From the NCBI GenBank assembly GCA_045803545.1, contig JBJMOW010000005.1, positions 640,001 to 704,000 on the forward strand: DNA of 64,000 bases. The letters are read 5' to 3'. The DNA is from Gemmatimonadaceae bacterium (GTDB lineage Bacteria; Gemmatimonadota; Gemmatimonadetes; Gemmatimonadales; Gemmatimonadaceae). Shown here in pieces: positions 60,495-64,000 of this stretch; positions within the stretch are counted from its first letter, which is position 1; each line of letters opens with the position of its first letter. Position numbers and translations under genes: made by a program. The notes beneath the pieces were generated by a model. The model made no database searches. It was not told where the DNA came from and saw nothing but the letters and a program-made list of their open reading frames with translations.

Positions 60495-61831
60495 ACCACC
60501 GGCTTCCAGCGCGGATCGTAATCACGGGCCCACAGGCGTGACGCTTCGGCGTCGTTGACGATGTGGCCGTTGCGCGGATCAATGGTCAGCTTGCGACCAA
60601 CCTGTTGCGAGATGGTTCCGAGGTGACAGAGCGTGCCGGTCTTGGCGCCATCTTCGATCGGCGCGGAAAGTGGTGTGTCACCTCGCACGGCGTTGGTGAA
60701 GTTCTCAATGTGGAGCGCAGTCAGCCAATCGTCGCCAACGGTGTTGAGTGCGTCACCTTTTGGCGCTGCTTTCACCTCTTTGACGATGTTGTTCTTGAGA
60801 TCGTAGTGGACGTAGCCGTCGCGATCGACGACGACACTGCCATTCGTCCCGAGCACGGTCGTGCCGCGCGAACGCTGATATAGCTCGAGTCCGTTGCAGC
60901 TCTGCCCCTGCCAGACGATGCTCTTGCCACCGTCGAACACGAAGGTGGCTTCCTGGGTATCGGGAAACTGCCAGTCATCGGCGAAATGAAACCGGCCACC
61001 GGTTGAGATCACACTCGTTGGATAGTCGACACCGAGCAGCCATCGCGCGACGTCGATCTCGTGCGTGCCGTTGTTGCAGATTTCGCCAGTGCCCCAGTTG
61101 GTGAACCAGTGCCAGTTGTAGTGGATGACGTTATCACGATACGGCGTGCGTGGCGCTGGTCCCTGCCAGAGCTCGTAATCGAGATTCGCCGGCACCGGCA
61201 CGACTTTGCCGCGGCCAATGCTGTCGCGGGTGTTCGCGTACCAGCCGCGTGCAAGATATGGGGTGCCGATCTGCCCGTCGCGCACGATGTGTAGCGCTTC
61301 GATGAAGTGAGGCCCGGATCGCGCCTGCGTTCCGAGCTGGACCTTGAGTCTCGGATGCTTCCGAGCCGCCGCAACGATCAGCTCGTCTTCGTGCGGATCG
61401 TGACCACTGGGCTTTTCGACATAGACGTGCTTCCCGGCGTCGAGCGCGAGAATAGTTGCTGGCGCGTGCCAGTGGTCCGGCGCGGCGATAATTAGAGCGT
61501 CGACGTTTTTGTCTTCGAGCGCGCGGCGAAAATCGCTTACCAGTTTTGGCGCGGTTCGCTGCAGCGGAGTAGTCTCCGCCGCCGCTTTGGCCAATACGGT
61601 CGAGTCGACATCGATCAGGTACCCGACGGTTGTGTTTGCCCCGCGCGCGAAGCCGTGTGCGTGGACCATCCCGCGTCCGTTCAGGCCCATCACCGCAACT
61701 ACCATCTTCTCGGCGGGTGACCCCTCGAGCGCGAACAACGGGGAGCCCCGCGATGCAGTGAGCGCACTCACTCCGACTGCCGTTGCTTTCTTGATAAATT
61801 CGCGGCGGGCCAGCGGTTCATCCGACTTCAT
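60491..61831 (-). CDS. Tat-exported Gfo/Idh/MocA oxidoreductase
   Basis: ARREFIK Tat motif; GLNGRG, APDHWH, VYVEKP, WQGPAP, NNGTHEID. Confidence 0.92.
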   Translation of the reverse strand: MKSDEPLARREFIKKATAVGVSALTASRGSPLFALEGSPAEKMVVAVMGLNGRGMVHAHGFARGANTTVGYLIDVDSTVLAKAAAETTPLQRTAPKLVSDFRRALEDKNVDALIIAAPDHWHAPATILALDAGKHVYVEKPSGHDPHEDELIVAAARKHPRLKVQLGTQARSGPHFIEALHIVRDGQIGTPYLARGWYANTRDSIGRGKVVPVPANLDYELWQGPAPRTPYRDNVIHYNWHWFTNWGTGEICNNGTHEIDVARWLLGVDYPTSVISTGGRFHFADDWQFPDTQEATFVFDGGKSIVWQGQSCNGLELYQRSRGTTVLGTNGSVVVDRDGYVHYDLKNNIVKEVKAAPKGDALNTVGDDWLTALHIENFTNAVRGDTPLSAPIEDGAKTGTLCHLGTISQQVGRKLTIDPRNGHIVNDAEASRLWARDYDPRWKPVV

Positions 61832-61843
61832 TGCAACTCCTGC

Positions 61844-62659
61844 TTATAGAACGTGGATCTTGATGTTGCGGAAATAAACTTCGTCAACGTGGTCCTGTAG
61901 CACGATGTGGCCAGCGCGCCGCAGCGCGAAATTGGGGATGCTGTGGTACTTGCTCGCGGCAAGCAGCGAATCCATGCGCGGCGTACCGAGGTCGTAGTGG
62001 ACGACCTTCGCCCCGTTTAACCAGTGCTCGCCGTGATTGCCACGAAAGACGATGCGCGATGTGTTCCAGTCGCCCACCGGATTCAGGCGCTTATTAGGAT
62101 TCGGCGGAATCAGATCGTAGAGAGCGCCGGCGCGGTGCGACGGGATCTTGTTGTCTTCGTGGAGATCGTCGTCGAGTACCTGGTACTCGAAGCCAAGCGC
62201 GGCGTGATTTGGCGCCATAGCCATCGATATCTCTTCTGACACGTTGTATTTGACGCCGCTGTTGCCGGCGCGCGATATCTTCCAGTCGAAACTCAGTTCG
62301 AAGTCGCGGAAAGTATCGATCGTCATAAGGTCCCCGCCGGCGGCGGGCTGTCCATCCGGCAGGCGCGGGACGTCGCCGTCGGCGATTTTTCGGATGGCTC
62401 CGTTCTCGATCTTCCAGTGAGCGGTGGGCACCGAGTCGTAGCCGAGCCCACGCCAGCCGGTGAAAGTGGATCCGTCGAAAAGCAGACGCCAGCCGGCCGC
62501 GACTTCGGCGCCGGTGAGAGTGTTGTCTCGCCGTTCCGCATCCATCCCACCCACGCTCATGGAAAGCCCACGATTCGGAGTGGCCGTGCTAGGCGTCCTA
62601 TGTGCGCAAGCGACGGCACCGAGTGCTAAAGCAATAAGGGTGGTCGGGACGGGTCTCAT
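61844..62659 (-). CDS. DUF1080 (3-keto-disaccharide hydrolase/hydratase-like) lipoprotein
   Basis: AVAC lipobox; GWRLLFDG, GNSGVKY, EYQVLDD, GALYD, LQDH, FRNIKI. Confidence 0.9.
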   Translation of the reverse strand: MRPVPTTLIALALGAVACAHRTPSTATPNRGLSMSVGGMDAERRDNTLTGAEVAAGWRLLFDGSTFTGWRGLGYDSVPTAHWKIENGAIRKIADGDVPRLPDGQPAAGGDLMTIDTFRDFELSFDWKISRAGNSGVKYNVSEEISMAMAPNHAALGFEYQVLDDDLHEDNKIPSHRAGALYDLIPPNPNKRLNPVGDWNTSRIVFRGNHGEHWLNGAKVVHYDLGTPRMDSLLAASKYHSIPNFALRRAGHIVLQDHVDEVYFRNIKIHVL

Positions 62660-62670
62660 TTGAACTCCTT

Positions 62671-63936
62671 TCAAAGTCGCGCCGGCTCCAGCCGCGGCGC
62701 CAGCAAATGAATAATCAGCCAGGCACTAACGTAGGCAAGACCGCACACGATGAAAATCGGCGTGTAGTCGCTGCCGTTCGCCTGCAACACGCGTCCCGTA
62801 ATGCGCTGGAATAGAACTCCACCCATCGCTCCACCGAACGCGCCGATGCCGACGACTGAGCCGACCGCAGACTTGGGAAACATGTCGCTGGCCAGCGTAT
62901 AGACATTGGCCGACCACGCCTGATGCGCCGCAAGTGCGACGCCAACTATCAGCACCGCCGTCCACATCGTTGGTGCTCGCGACACCAGCGTCGTCGGCAC
63001 GATCAGCAAAGCCATCGTGAGCATCGCTGTCTTTCGCGCGCGATTCACTGACCACCCTCGCTTGATCAGTGCGCTCGAGAACCAACCGCCGCCGACGGAA
63101 CCGGCGTCCGCGAGTAGATAGACAACGATCAGCGGTGCCGCTACCTGCGCCAGCTTCACGCCGTATTTCGCGTCGAGAAATTTTGGCAACCAGTACAGGT
63201 AAAACCACCATACCGGGTCGGCCATGAATTTTCCGACGATGAACGCCCACGTCTGGCGCCGCGCAAAAAGCTCCGTGAGCGGTGGCCTTTGCACCATCTG
63301 CCCGTCAGTCGGCGGTGCCACGTCGCGATAGAAAGGAATCCATAGTGCGAGCCATAGCAGGCCCAACGCGCCCGTCGCGACGAACGCCCACTGCCAGCCC
63401 CAGGTGAGTGCGATCCACGGCACGAGAAGCGGAGTGAGAATCGCGCCGGTATTGGTTCCCGCGTTGAAGATTCCTGTCGCCAGTGCCCGCTCTCGCTGCG
63501 GGAACCACTCCGCGATCGCCTTGATCGATCCGGGGAAAATCGCCGACTCGCTCGCCCCGAGCAGCGCGCGCGCGAAAGAGAAACCGGCAACTGTACGCGC
63601 GAAGGCGTGACCAATCGCGGCCAGGCTCCACGCGATGACCGCTCCGCTGAGCCCGCGCCGAACGCCTAGCCAATCGACGATCTGCCCCGCCACGAGAAAT
63701 CCGAATCCATAGGCGAAACTGAACCACGAGACGATGTCGCCGTAGTCGCTCTCGCTCCAGTTCAGCGCATGCTGGAGCGTTGGCGCGAGAACGCCAAGAA
63801 CCTGCCGGTCGACGTAGTTGATCGTTGTCGCGACGAAAAGCAGAGCGCAAATCGTCCAGCGATATGACGATGGCCGATCAGCCTCAGGCGATGTAGCCAT
63901 TGGCGCGGCGAGCGGAGTTTCCGCTCTAACTGCCAT
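62671..63936 (-). CDS. exuT: MFS hexuronate transporter (ExuT-like)
   Basis: RWTICALLFVATTINYVDRQ, EWFPQRERALATGIFNAG, DPVWWFYLYWLP, HQAWSAN. Confidence 0.88.
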   Translation of the reverse strand: MAVRAETPLAAPMATSPEADRPSSYRWTICALLFVATTINYVDRQVLGVLAPTLQHALNWSESDYGDIVSWFSFAYGFGFLVAGQIVDWLGVRRGLSGAVIAWSLAAIGHAFARTVAGFSFARALLGASESAIFPGSIKAIAEWFPQRERALATGIFNAGTNTGAILTPLLVPWIALTWGWQWAFVATGALGLLWLALWIPFYRDVAPPTDGQMVQRPPLTELFARRQTWAFIVGKFMADPVWWFYLYWLPKFLDAKYGVKLAQVAAPLIVVYLLADAGSVGGGWFSSALIKRGWSVNRARKTAMLTMALLIVPTTLVSRAPTMWTAVLIVGVALAAHQAWSANVYTLASDMFPKSAVGSVVGIGAFGGAMGGVLFQRITGRVLQANGSDYTPIFIVCGLAYVSAWLIIHLLAPRLEPARL

Positions 63937-64000
63937 CCGTTCCCTCCCAGAGTCCGTGCAGATACATCGCCCCCAGGGCGCGATCATAAAGGCCGTACCC

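Noticed and set aside
57197..64000. Genomic island at tRNA-Asn
   Set aside because: I saw no duplicate of its 3' end and no integrase in the window; a canonical terminator follows the tRNA directly.

Overview
GC-rich bacterial chromosomal window. Gene content and style suggest a Gemmatimonadota-like organism (inference; no marker gene is present). Most of it is housekeeping and metabolism: typA, czcD-like, corC-like, pdxA-surA-PPIase-mfd, a lepA...ftsE-ftsX-envC run, mgtE, maeB-pckA, tyrosine catabolism (hppD-hmgA-acetoacetate-CoA ligase), uvrA, a uxaC/3-keto-glycoside sugar cluster, tRNA-Ile(GAT) and tRNA-Asn(GTT). Four signals are invisible in the ORF track. (1) Downstream of tRNA-Ile there is a tandem array of progressively decayed 45-bp copies of the tRNA 3' half. 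Each copy is followed by an ACCCCG...CGGGGT hairpin, and the copies delimit tiny integrase-less gene cassettes (about 0.45 kb, about 1.4 kb, and a third running off the left edge). (2) A UxxC thioredoxin-TPR selenoprotein candidate has an in-frame UGA and a SECIS-like hairpin. (3) A DUF2946/CruR-like CxxC...RAPP leader peptide has last codons that base-pair with the Shine-Dalgarno of an ATPase-less metal-uptake operon. (4) A 117-nt rod-like hairpin lies upstream of uvrA. All product calls come from motif recognition by eye; no database searches were run.
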